A DNA stretch of 63,685 bases, filler included, from Candidatus Zhuqueibacterota bacterium (GTDB taxonomy: Bacteria; BS750m-G25): the NCBI GenBank assembly GCA_016783505.1. It is 6 parts of 4 records of this genome, joined end to end, with 100 filler letters (N's around TTAATTAATTAA, not from the genome) between each part and the next. Parts side by side here need not be neighbours in the genome. Positions count along the whole stretch, not along the records: positions 22,135 to 33,203 come from JADHWK010000068.1; positions 33,304 to 46,835 come from JADHWK010000006.1; 4 more parts are not named here. The stretch is one strand, 5' to 3'. Each line of letters opens with the position of its first letter. The stretch's first letter is position 1. Under the pieces are notes generated by a model. That model was given only the letters and a program-made list of their open reading frames with translations, made no database searches and had not been told where the DNA came from. A program made the translations under genes and the position numbers. Below are positions 30,959 through 39,156 of the stretch, piece after piece.

Positions 30959-31058
30959 AGACGTTTTCAAAAGCTTGACTCATTCGTTAAGAAGTCGCCT
31001 TATGAAGACGTCTAGTTATACGTCATGCAGTATCTAAAAATCCAAGGGAGTTGGAACC

Positions 31059-32876
31059 ATGAAAAAAAGGCCAGTTAATCTTGAAAGAAGTGATGCCAAC
31101 ATTGCTGAACAATATACAAATATTTATGATGGATTACAAAAAGATGCTGCGCAGAATTCTTGGGATGCACGAACTACTAAAAAAGGCAATGACTGGAGAC
31201 TGGTTTTCAAATATATTCATGACCGTGATATTCTGGTTATTGAAGATTTCGGGACGACAGGAATGGATTTAAAAAAATGGGTTGCCTATCAGAGTTTATG
31301 GGATACCTCAAAAGTTGATGAAGAAACTCTCGGTGCAAGGGGACAAGGTAAGTTCTTATTTCATTACTTTTCCAAGGACAAGGTTGTGTTGACAGAAACA
31401 ATCGACAAAAATGGAAATTACAGGTTCTCGTATGGAACAGCGGAAGAGTGGGATGATGAAACCAGAAAACTTCAGGATTTTATTCCCGGAGCGTCTCCTC
31501 TGCAACATCAGGGCACGGGTATATGGATAATGAATATCAAACCTGAATTTAAGGATGAACTACTTGACTATAGATCATTTATGAAATACATAACTTCTAC
31601 TTGGTGGGAGATTATTCGAAACGATAGCGCCACTTTTATTGTAAATTTTGATGGAGTTGATAGACAGGCAACATTACCTGACTTACCTGAAGTTCTAAAA
31701 GAAAAACATTTGGAGAATGAAAGAATAAAAGACATCGGGCAAATTCGCAACCTTGTTTTGAAGTATTGTAAAGAGGATGTCCCTGAAGGATTTAGAGGAA
31801 TTGCCATACAAAGAGGCGGAATGACCATTTTGAGGCTTCAAGTTGGTGCAGAGGAATCTATAAAAAACAGGGTGTACGGTTACTGCAATTTTGATGACGA
31901 TCTGGAGATGGAACTTAAAAAGTGCGAAATGCCAAACCATTTTGGTTTCTTCAACAAAAAACCGTGGAACCATGTCAGAGAGTACGTTAGAAAGAAACTG
32001 GATGATTTTTTGCTGGAGATAACGCCCAAAAAAGAAAAAATAAAAATTGAAGCAAACATCCTTGAGGAAGCAGTAAAACTTGTAAATGATTTGGTAAGCG
32101 AATATGCTCCGGAGTTGCTTGCCGGACCGCCAGCAAAAGGAGGAAAGGGAGAAGAACCAAAAAAACCGGTTGAACCAAGAGAAGTACTGCCAGTACGTAT
32201 TGATCTCTTTAGATCGAATCAATATAAATTTGAATATAACGAAACTCTAATTATAGACTGTGAAATTGCAAATGATACGGGAGATGAGAAAAATTTGCTT
32301 TTTAAACTTACTATCAAACATGTCGGTGGTAGCGAAAAGCACAAATCAAGATATACCCTGAGCATATCCGCACATACTAGAAAAAAGATAGATATTCAAC
32401 TTATCGACTTTGATGAGAAAAAAGATAAGGCTGGAGAATATACTGTTGAAGGAATTCTCATTAATGAAGATACAAATGAGCAACTTCATAAGAGGAAGTT
32501 TACATTTTATCTACACGAAGAACCACCCAGAAAAGGTAAGGCATTTGTGGCAAAATTTGATTTCCTTCTTGGCAAAAAAACCGATGGTACTTTGCAATAT
32601 TATGCAAAGTGGAAAAATCTTCCGATAACAGAAAAAGGAATCATTTGGGTAGTGTACGACCATTCGGAGTTCGTCAGACTCAGGGAGATTGCGGGCACTA
32701 AAAAAGGAAAGAAAAGGGAGATTCTTCTCTATTGTGCTCGATGTGGTATTGACGAAGCCTTTCGGAAATTGCTTGAACTAAGATACACGGACGATACACT
32801 TGACCTTGATAAGATAAGGGAAATTAAAAATTCATGCGAAGAGATGTTATATGAAGCATCTCTAAGAACGATATAG
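31059..32876 (+). CDS. GHKL (HATPase/MORC-like) ATPase with C-terminal beta-sandwich region
   Basis: N-box QNSWDA, G1 IEDFGTTGM, G2 GARGQGK and G3 GTGI. Confidence 0.75.
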   Translation: MKKRPVNLERSDANIAEQYTNIYDGLQKDAAQNSWDARTTKKGNDWRLVFKYIHDRDILVIEDFGTTGMDLKKWVAYQSLWDTSKVDEETLGARGQGKFLFHYFSKDKVVLTETIDKNGNYRFSYGTAEEWDDETRKLQDFIPGASPLQHQGTGIWIMNIKPEFKDELLDYRSFMKYITSTWWEIIRNDSATFIVNFDGVDRQATLPDLPEVLKEKHLENERIKDIGQIRNLVLKYCKEDVPEGFRGIAIQRGGMTILRLQVGAEESIKNRVYGYCNFDDDLEMELKKCEMPNHFGFFNKKPWNHVREYVRKKLDDFLLEITPKKEKIKIEANILEEAVKLVNDLVSEYAPELLAGPPAKGGKGEEPKKPVEPREVLPVRIDLFRSNQYKFEYNETLIIDCEIANDTGDEKNLLFKLTIKHVGGSEKHKSRYTLSISAHTRKKIDIQLIDFDEKKDKAGEYTVEGILINEDTNEQLHKRKFTFYLHEEPPRKGKAFVAKFDFLLGKKTDGTLQYYAKWKNLPITEKGIIWVVYDHSEFVRLREIAGTKKGKKREILLYCARCGIDEAFRKLLELRYTDDTLDLDKIREIKNSCEEMLYEASLRTI

Positions 32877-32991
32877 GTAATGAAGTGCTTTTCTAGAAAT
32901 TAGACTTTTTGGGGTCAGAATCCCGAGGCTTCGGGATTGCATTTTCCCTCCTGAATGATTAAATTACTGGTTAAAGAGAGGAGGGAAGATC

Positions 32992-33203
32992 ATGATCCAG
33001 AATAAGAGGCGGTATTCCACCCAACAGAAATTTAACATTGTCAAAGAGGGATTACTCACAGGAACTTCCATTGCTGAAGTTTGTCGGCGTCATGGCATTT
33101 CTAATGTGATATATTATGAATGGCAGCGTCGGTTCTTTGAGGGGGCTTTTGAAGGGTTAAAGCCCCGGGATAATCGATCAAAAGCTAAGCTGAATGGAAA
33201 GTT
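32992..33203 (+). mobile_element. IS3-family transposase OrfA (HTH), truncated at the contig end
   Basis: RRYSTQQKFNIVKE...SIAEVCRRHGIS...YYEW pattern with a strong RBS, located at a contig break. Confidence 0.8.
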
Positions 33204-33303
33204 NNNNNNNNNNNNNNNNNNNNNNNNNNNNNNNNNNNNNNNNNNNNTTAATTAATTAANNNNNNNNNNNNNNNNNNNNNNNNNNNNNNNNNNNNNNNNN
33301 NNN
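33204..33303. other. Artificial contig linker
   Basis: N44-TTAATTAATTAA-N44. Confidence 0.98.
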
Positions 33304-33533
33304 AAGATGATTTTTAAAAGAGCCTGGATTTTACCCTTTCTGTGTTAGGCCCTATCATGCGGTCTGTTTAAAACGGAGAAAGGGGGCCGAGAGCATAAGT
33401 GGGGTCCAATTTATAAACCGAAACTGACCTTTAAAGAACTTTCCCAGAAAAAGGAAGGTGTTGATTGGACCGGGGAAATTATATATTATTATGGTAATTC
33501 ACCACTAAAATTACACTAAAAGGTATTGATAAC

Positions 33534-33561
33534 TAGCTGAAAAATAGTTACTTTTCAGCTA
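33534..33561. promoter_or_regulatory. Perfect 10-bp inverted repeat upstream of glnA (candidate operator or leader hairpin)
   Basis: TAGCTGAAAA-N8-TTTTCAGCTA about 70 nt before the glnA start. Confidence 0.5.
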
Positions 33562-33632
33562 TAAAAAAATGTCCTTGCTGCGGCAGTCAAAAATTTTGTG
33601 AAGAACCATTCATTTTTCAATCAGGAGGGGCT

Positions 33633-34958
33633 ATGGGACAAAAGAAAGAGGGGATTTTGAAGAGGGTACGCGATGAAAAGATTTCCTTCATTCGTTTATG
33701 GTTCACGGATATTCTAGGTCAGTTGAAGGGGTTTGCCATCACTCCGAGGGAGCTGGAGGGGGCGCTTGATCACGGGATGGGCTTTGACGGTTCCTCCATT
33801 GAGGGGTTCGCCCGTATCCACGAGAGCGACCTTATAGCCGTGCCCGACCCCAACACCTTCGTCATCCTGCCCGATGAAATAGAGGAGATGAGCACCGCCC
33901 GTATGTTCTGCGATTTGACTACCCCGGAGGGAAAACCCTACGAGGGAGATCCCCGCTATGTTCTGAGGAGGAATTTAGCAAAAATAGAAAAGAAGGGTTA
34001 TACCTTTTATGTGGGTCCTGAGATCGAATACTTCTATTTTGAGGATTCAAGCAGCACCGGCACTCTGGATTCGGGGGGCTACTTTGATTCCTCCATCATT
34101 GATAAAGGGACCTTGCTTCGAAAAAAAAGCATCAACGCCCTGGAATCCATGGGCATTAAGGTGGAATATTCCCATCACGAGGTGGCCCCGAGCCAGCACG
34201 AGATTGACCTTCGGTATTCGGATGCCTTCAACATGGCGGATTATGCCATTACCTACCGCTTTGTGGTAAAGGAGATTGCCCGCCGTAACGGGGCCTACGC
34301 CACCTTCATGCCCAAACCCATCTACGGCGTCAACGGCAGCGGCATGCACACCCATCAGTCCATCTTCCAGGGGGATAAGAACCTGTTTTTCTGCGCCGAC
34401 GGGGAATATCATCTCTCCGATTTCGCCAAGTCCTACATTGCCGGTCTGTTGACACATATCAGGGAGATTACTTCCATTCTGAACCAATGGGTGAACTCTT
34501 ACAAGCGGCTGGTGGGGGGATACGAGGCGCCGGTGTACCTCTCGTGGGGCCAGAAGAACCGGTCGGCCCTGGTGCGGGTTCCCCGCTACCGGATCGGGCA
34601 TGAACAGGCCACCCGGGTCGAACTCCGCAGCCCCGACTCTGTGTGCAACCCATACCTGGCTTTCTCCGTTATGCTGGCGGCTGGAATGAAGGGGGTGGAG
34701 TCGGGCTATTCCCTTCCCCCGCCCGTCGAAGAGAACATCTTCGAGATGTCGCCCCGTGAGAAGGAGGCCTTAAACATTCAAAGCCTACCCGGTAATTTAT
34801 ATGAGGCGATCCTGGAGACTGAGAAAAGCGAACTCGTCAGGGAAGCCCTGGGGGATCATGTGTTCAATAAATTCATTCAAAACAAAAAGATCGAATGGGA
34901 TAGCTACCGTTCCCAAGTTACCACCTATGAGCTGGATAAATATTTGCCTATTTTGTAA
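33633..34958 (+). CDS. glnA: Glutamine synthetase type I
   Basis: FDGSSIEGF, HHEVAPSQHE, TFMPKP..GVNGSGMH, SYKRLV..YEAP, NRSALVRVP and RVELRSPD. Confidence 0.97.
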   Translation: MGQKKEGILKRVRDEKISFIRLWFTDILGQLKGFAITPRELEGALDHGMGFDGSSIEGFARIHESDLIAVPDPNTFVILPDEIEEMSTARMFCDLTTPEGKPYEGDPRYVLRRNLAKIEKKGYTFYVGPEIEYFYFEDSSSTGTLDSGGYFDSSIIDKGTLLRKKSINALESMGIKVEYSHHEVAPSQHEIDLRYSDAFNMADYAITYRFVVKEIARRNGAYATFMPKPIYGVNGSGMHTHQSIFQGDKNLFFCADGEYHLSDFAKSYIAGLLTHIREITSILNQWVNSYKRLVGGYEAPVYLSWGQKNRSALVRVPRYRIGHEQATRVELRSPDSVCNPYLAFSVMLAAGMKGVESGYSLPPPVEENIFEMSPREKEALNIQSLPGNLYEAILETEKSELVREALGDHVFNKFIQNKKIEWDSYRSQVTTYELDKYLPIL

Positions 34959-34968
34959 GGTGTCTTTA

Positions 34969-35049
34969 GAATATTGAATAATGAATGCCGAGTGATGAGA
35001 TAAGAGGCACTTCGATATTCTATATTCCTTGTTCGACATTCAATATTCT
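34969..35049. repeat. Heptamer-based inverted-repeat element after glnA (possible terminator)
   Basis: GAATATTGAATAATGAAT ... ATTCAATATTC. Confidence 0.6.
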
Positions 35050-35143
35050 CTTATAATATGATGATAGCGTAATGGAGTCCGGTTAGTCACGGCTCTTAAA
35101 CAAGACAAAAAGTCGGCCCTTAAAACTCGTTCTTTGTTTTTTA

Positions 35144-35172
35144 TTGACTCTTTTATAAAATTTCTTTATATT
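35144..35172 (+). promoter_or_regulatory. Sigma70-type promoter for the K+ channel gene
   Basis: TTGACT-17 nt-TATATT ending 9 nt before ATG 35182, implying a near-leaderless mRNA. Confidence 0.7.
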
Positions 35173-35181
35173 GATAAAGAA

Positions 35182-36339
35182 ATGCCGGGAAAAAGTTCAC
35201 AGATTATCGCCAATATCCTCCGGAGTAATCTGACCAAGGTTTTCTTAGGGATGGCGGTGGTGATGGTGGCTGGTGGGATGGCGGTGACCCTCTTCGAGCA
35301 GGCGGACACCGGGTTCAGTTCCGTGTTTGATTCCATCTGGTGGGCGCTGGTGACCATGACCACGGTGGGCTACGGAGACAAGGTGCCAGTGTCGGTGGCC
35401 GGAAGGTTAATCGGCATCGGGGTGATCATCTGCGGGGTGGCCTTAGTCTCCATGTTCACGGCTACTGTTTCATCCATCTTTGTGGCCAACAAAATCAGGG
35501 AGGGACAGGGATTGAAGGAAGTGAAATTTAAGAATCATCTCATCATCTGCGGCTGGAATTTTAACGCCGAACGGATTATTGAGGAGCTGAAGCAAAGCCC
35601 CATCTATCGGAGTCATGCCATTATCATGGTCAATGAACTTCCCATAGAGGAGGTGGAAGAAATCCTGAGGAGACACCGGGATTTGAAGATGGGGTTCGTA
35701 CGGGGGGATCACACCAAACTGGTCATTTTGGAGAGGGCCAACGTCAAGCAGGCCGCAGCGGTGATCGTCCTGCCAAATCTGGCCACCTCTTCCCCGGATA
35801 AAGCCGACGAGAAGACCATTCTGGCCACCCTGACCATCAAATCGGAGAATCCCAACATCAAGGTCTACGCCCACCTCCTTGACAAGGAAAATGAAATGCA
35901 CCTTAAACGGGCCGACGCCGATGGGGTCATCGTATCCGACGAATTCTCCGGATTCCTGCTGGCCACCCACGTGGTCTCCCCGGGGATTCCTCAGATAATA
36001 AGCGAACTTCTGACCTATGGTCGGGGGAATGCTATCTTGCGGGAGCCGATCCCCCAAAACTTTGTGGGGAAAACCTTCGCCGAACTGGCTTCCTATTTTA
36101 AGGAGAAGAAGGACGTTATTCTCATCGGTCTTTTGTCCGAGGAGGATATTCTGCGGATGGATGATGTTCTTTCCGATGATACCTCCTCCATTGACGCCTT
36201 TATCAAGCGCAAATTTGAGGAGTTGGGGAAACGGAAGGAGGAGTTGGAGCGGATTGTGGTGAACATCAATCCCGGTAGAGACAATGTGATCCAGACGGGG
36301 GAAGAGGCATTGGTCATCGGCCGCCCCGTCTCGGGCTGA
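35182..36339 (+). CDS. Two-TM potassium channel with RCK (TrkA_N) domain
   Basis: Selectivity filter TMTTVGYGD, HLIICGWN and FVRGD..LERANV. Start moved to ATG 35182 on the promoter evidence. Confidence 0.93.
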   Translation: MPGKSSQIIANILRSNLTKVFLGMAVVMVAGGMAVTLFEQADTGFSSVFDSIWWALVTMTTVGYGDKVPVSVAGRLIGIGVIICGVALVSMFTATVSSIFVANKIREGQGLKEVKFKNHLIICGWNFNAERIIEELKQSPIYRSHAIIMVNELPIEEVEEILRRHRDLKMGFVRGDHTKLVILERANVKQAAAVIVLPNLATSSPDKADEKTILATLTIKSENPNIKVYAHLLDKENEMHLKRADADGVIVSDEFSGFLLATHVVSPGIPQIISELLTYGRGNAILREPIPQNFVGKTFAELASYFKEKKDVILIGLLSEEDILRMDDVLSDDTSSIDAFIKRKFEELGKRKEELERIVVNINPGRDNVIQTGEEALVIGRPVSG

Positions 36340-36394
36340 AGGAAAAGGAACCGATCGGAAACTATTCGCATTAACCCACATTTGGAATTTCATT

Positions 36395-36605
36395 ATTAGT
36401 TGATTGCTGATTGTTGATTGTCATGAAAAGAGAATTTTTAAAGCTAAAAGATATAAGACCTTATCGAATTGCTACTGAGCCTGCCGGTTAGAAATCAATA
36501 CCTTAACAAAACTCACTGGAAACTAAAGGCTTTGACATTTTAACAATCAGCAACCTGCCCGTCCCGAAGGTTCGGAACAGGCGGGTTAACAATCAACAAT
36601 AAATC
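36395..36605 (+). pseudogene. Collapsed four-helix-bundle (IVS-type) gene remnant flanked by inverted heptamer repeats
   Basis: ATG 36423 gives MKREFLKLKDIRPYRIA, followed out of frame by EINTLTKLT. Flanks are TTGATTG/CTGATTG on the left and CAATCAG/CAATCAA on the right. Confidence 0.55.
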
Positions 36606-36654
36606 GTAGGTTTCTCAAGGATTTCAACACGTTGCATTAACGTCAGGGGAAAAA

Positions 36655-37164
36655 TTGGATCTTAAGGCATTATCACGCTGTAGCCTTTTCGATGGCCTGA
36701 ACGAGGAGCGGTTGAAAGTGGTTGTTGGGTCTTTATCGGAGAAGGCTTATAGGGCCGGGGAAGTGATCGTCCAGGAGGGGGAAGTGGGGGATGAGCTTTT
36801 CATTCTGATGGAGGGCGAGGTACAGATTACTAAAAGTCTAACCTTATTGCACCATTCCGGAGAAAGCGACCGCAGGGACAAGTCCCTGCTACGTCTTTCC
36901 GCATTCGCCCATCCCTTCTTCGGGGAGATGTCCCTGATCGGGAAGGATTTTGCCCGCTCCGCCACGGTTACTTCCCTGACCAATACCGAATTTGCCGTCC
37001 TTAAACGAAAAGATTTTCTCAGGTTAGGAGAAAAGCATCAGGACATCGGCTTTGCCATTATCTACAACATTGCCAGGGTTCTATGCGACCGGCTGCGGAA
37101 GGCCAATCAGGATATATTGAAGCTGACCACAGCGTTTAGTCTAGCGTTGGAGACGGGGAGATAA
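36655..37164 (+). CDS. Stand-alone cyclic-nucleotide-binding domain protein
   Basis: LFDGL, GEVIVQEGEVGDELFIL.EG.V and FFGEMSL...RSATV. Confidence 0.9.
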   Translation: MDLKALSRCSLFDGLNEERLKVVVGSLSEKAYRAGEVIVQEGEVGDELFILMEGEVQITKSLTLLHHSGESDRRDKSLLRLSAFAHPFFGEMSLIGKDFARSATVTSLTNTEFAVLKRKDFLRLGEKHQDIGFAIIYNIARVLCDRLRKANQDILKLTTAFSLALETGR

Positions 37165-37220
37165 TGCCGTTGAGGACAAAGAAAAAATTATATACAAGTA
37201 TAAGCTAAGAAGGGGAAAGA

Positions 37221-37466
37221 ATGATGAATCCGCTTTTACAGCGTATTTCCGTTGACCCAAATGTCTGCTTCGGCAAACCCTGCATTCGTGGTACTCGAAT
37301 CTGGGTATCCTTGCTTCTTGATTTCCTGGCCAATGGGATGGGCTTTGAGGATATTCTCGCAGAATATCCTCAACTGACGGAGGAGGATGTTCGGGCTGCC
37401 ATAGCTTACGCATCCGAGATGGCCCGGGAACGATATGTTGAAATCCCAGCCGGGGCAACAGGATGA
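37221..37466 (+). CDS. DUF433 antitoxin-like protein
   Basis: RISVDPNVCFGKPCIRGTRI...EYPQLTEEDVRAAIAYA. Confidence 0.93.
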   Translation: MMNPLLQRISVDPNVCFGKPCIRGTRIWVSLLLDFLANGMGFEDILAEYPQLTEEDVRAAIAYASEMARERYVEIPAGATG

Positions 37467-37840
37467 AGTTCAAGCTTGATGAGAACTTTGGAACTCGAAC
37501 TCAGCAAACTTTCCGTGCTGCAGGACACGACGTTCAAACGATCCGTGACCAAGGGTTACAGGGATGTTCAGACCAGCATCTCTATAAAGCGAGTTGTTCG
37601 GAACGGTGCTGTTTGGTGACACTGGATTTGGATTTCGCGGATATAACTCGTTTTCCACCAGTTCAGGCGAGCGGCATAGTTGTTATTCGGAGCCCACGGA
37701 ATCCAACCCTTGCTTTACTGGAACAACTGGTGCAACAATTTTTACAAGCCCTCACTCAAATGCCGGTAGAGGGAAGGCTATGGGTTGTCGAAATTGGTCG
37801 GATTCGAATACATCAATCAGAGTCAGAAGAAGGATCGTGA
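37463..37840 (+). CDS. DUF5615 PIN-like toxin (VapC45-type)
   Basis: MKFKLDEN, GHDV, SD and LVTLDLDF; ATGA overlap with the DUF433 gene. Confidence 0.9.
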   Translation: MKFKLDENFGTRTQQTFRAAGHDVQTIRDQGLQGCSDQHLYKASCSERCCLVTLDLDFADITRFPPVQASGIVVIRSPRNPTLALLEQLVQQFLQALTQMPVEGRLWVVEIGRIRIHQSESEEGS

Positions 37841-38298
37841 TGGTTTTCTTTCTCCAGGGTGGATGTGGGTGAAATTAATAGAAATAATCCATGTCCTTTT
37901 TTATGAATAAATAAATTGCAATCTATTGTCTGGGAAAAACGGGGTCCCGATAGAGAATTGGAAATCCCTGTTTTTAATCTCATCCCTGAAATGGTTTAAG
38001 GGGTTCTTCGTCCACCTCTTTCTATACCAGGGTTCTCTGCAACAGGCTGCGGAAGGCCAATCAAGATATTCTGAAGATGACCCCCCGCGTTTAGTCTGGC
38101 GTTGGAGACGGGGAGATAATGCTGCTGAGAAGAAAGAAAAAATTATTTATAATTTTTTTTCATAAGAGTTATAATACTACAGAAATTTATACTCACGTTA
38201 GCCAAGTGGGATATTGGCCGGATTAGAAACCCTTGGATTTATGCCAACTTCGCAAACACCCCGATCATTAAGCAACGTTCTCTACAAGTCAAGGAGAA

Positions 38299-38523
38299 GT
38301 GATCATGTCTGCTAAAGCTTCCAACTATGAAGAACAATTGGTTCGCGAAATCAAAGGGACGCCAGAGGAGTATCTACCGAATCTTCTTCAGATTGTTCAC
38401 CTATTTCGTGAGAGCGTGTCGTTAAAGCCTGCTGAGGCCAGCTTTCGCCAAGGTTGGAAAGAAACGCTGGTAGGTGAAACCCGGCCTGTGTCTGAATTAT
38501 GGGAGGGCATTGATGCCGAATGA
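38299..38523 (+). CDS. Probable antitoxin of the downstream RelE-like toxin
   Basis: Small ORF overlapping the toxin start, with C-terminus ASFRQGW.E...GETRPVSELWEGID. Confidence 0.75.
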   Translation: MIMSAKASNYEEQLVREIKGTPEEYLPNLLQIVHLFRESVSLKPAEASFRQGWKETLVGETRPVSELWEGIDAE

Positions 38524-38875
38524 GCCAGCCGAGCCAGTGCAGGTCGAGTACACACAGGAATTTAAGCGCAATCTGCGGGCACTGGCGAAGAAGTATCGGC
38601 ACATTCGGTCTGATGTGCAACCCGTGATTGGTCGACTTCAGGCAGGTGAGGTTATCGGGAATCAGGTGCGGGGCACGCGCTATACCATCTTCAAGGTGCG
38701 GGTGCAGAATAGCGACATTCAGAAGGGTAAGCGCTCCGGCTATCGTCTCATCTATCAACTTAAAAGACCGACGAGTATTATTCTTGTAACCATTTTCTCC
38801 AAACTTGACCAAGCGGATGTCTCAACTGAGAAGATACGGCTTATCATAAAAGAGTTTGACGAGCATTTCGCTTAA
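38513..38875 (+). CDS. RelE/ParE-superfamily toxin
   Basis: EFKRNLRALAKKYRHI..D and FKVRVQNSDIQKGKRSGYRLIY. Likely start ATG 38513. Confidence 0.88.
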   Translation: MPNEPAEPVQVEYTQEFKRNLRALAKKYRHIRSDVQPVIGRLQAGEVIGNQVRGTRYTIFKVRVQNSDIQKGKRSGYRLIYQLKRPTSIILVTIFSKLDQADVSTEKIRLIIKEFDEHFA

Positions 38876-38957
38876 CACGCTATTTGTGGCTCATCCCGAT
38901 TTCTCGGGATTCGCCCAAACCCATTAGACCTTACAAACAGAGGAAATTATAGAAATA

Positions 38958-39020
38958 TGAAATGTGATCTCTGCGGGGGTAAGACTTCTAAACAATTGGT
39001 CAGCCATTCTCTTTTTTTAT
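38958..39020 (+). pseudogene. N-terminal remnant of a YgiT/MqsA-type zinc-finger antitoxin
   Basis: GAGGA RBS, then MKCDLCGGKTSKQLVSHSLF, cut off by repeat B. Confidence 0.55.
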
Positions 39021-39156
39021 GAATAGATAAATTGCAATCTACTGTCTGGGAAAGACGGGAACCCGATAGAAAATTGGACACCCCTGTTTTTAATCTCATC
39101 CCTGGAATGGTTTAAAGGGTTCTTCATACATGGTTTTACATTAATCTGTTTTTGGA

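Larger units (their letters stand above)
24906..33203. mobile_element. AT-rich genomic island, right end lost at the contig break
   Basis: Abrupt switch from GC-rich to AT-rich codons after the acyl-CoA dehydrogenase, a tRNA-3'-like fragment at the left edge, an excisionase remnant and an IS3 fragment. Confidence 0.6.
37073..38146. repeat. Direct repeat A: 37073-37191 and 38027-38146 (3' end of the cNMP gene)
   Basis: Both copies read ccagggtt...ggctgcggaaggccaatca.gatat..tgaag.tgacc...gcgtttagtct.gcgttggagacggggagataatgc...aaagaaaaaattat. The second copy has a +1 frameshift. Confidence 0.92.
37896..39130. repeat. Direct repeat B: 37896-38014 and 39011-39130 (valS upstream region)
   Basis: Both copies read tttttatgaata.ataaattgcaatcta.tgtctgggaaa.acggg..cccgataga.aattgga.a.ccctgtttttaatctcatccctg.aatggtttaa.gggttcttc. 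Confidence 0.92.

Noticed and set aside
33304-33430. Right end of the IS3 element seen before the linker
   Set aside because: It is on a different contig and no convincing terminal inverted repeat pair could be matched.
33420-33632. Glutamine riboswitch before glnA
   Set aside because: I could not find the conserved glnA-motif sequences; only an inverted repeat is present.
37926-38165. 79-aa ORF
   Set aside because: It spans the B-A' duplication junction and is a by-product of duplicated non-coding and frameshifted DNA.
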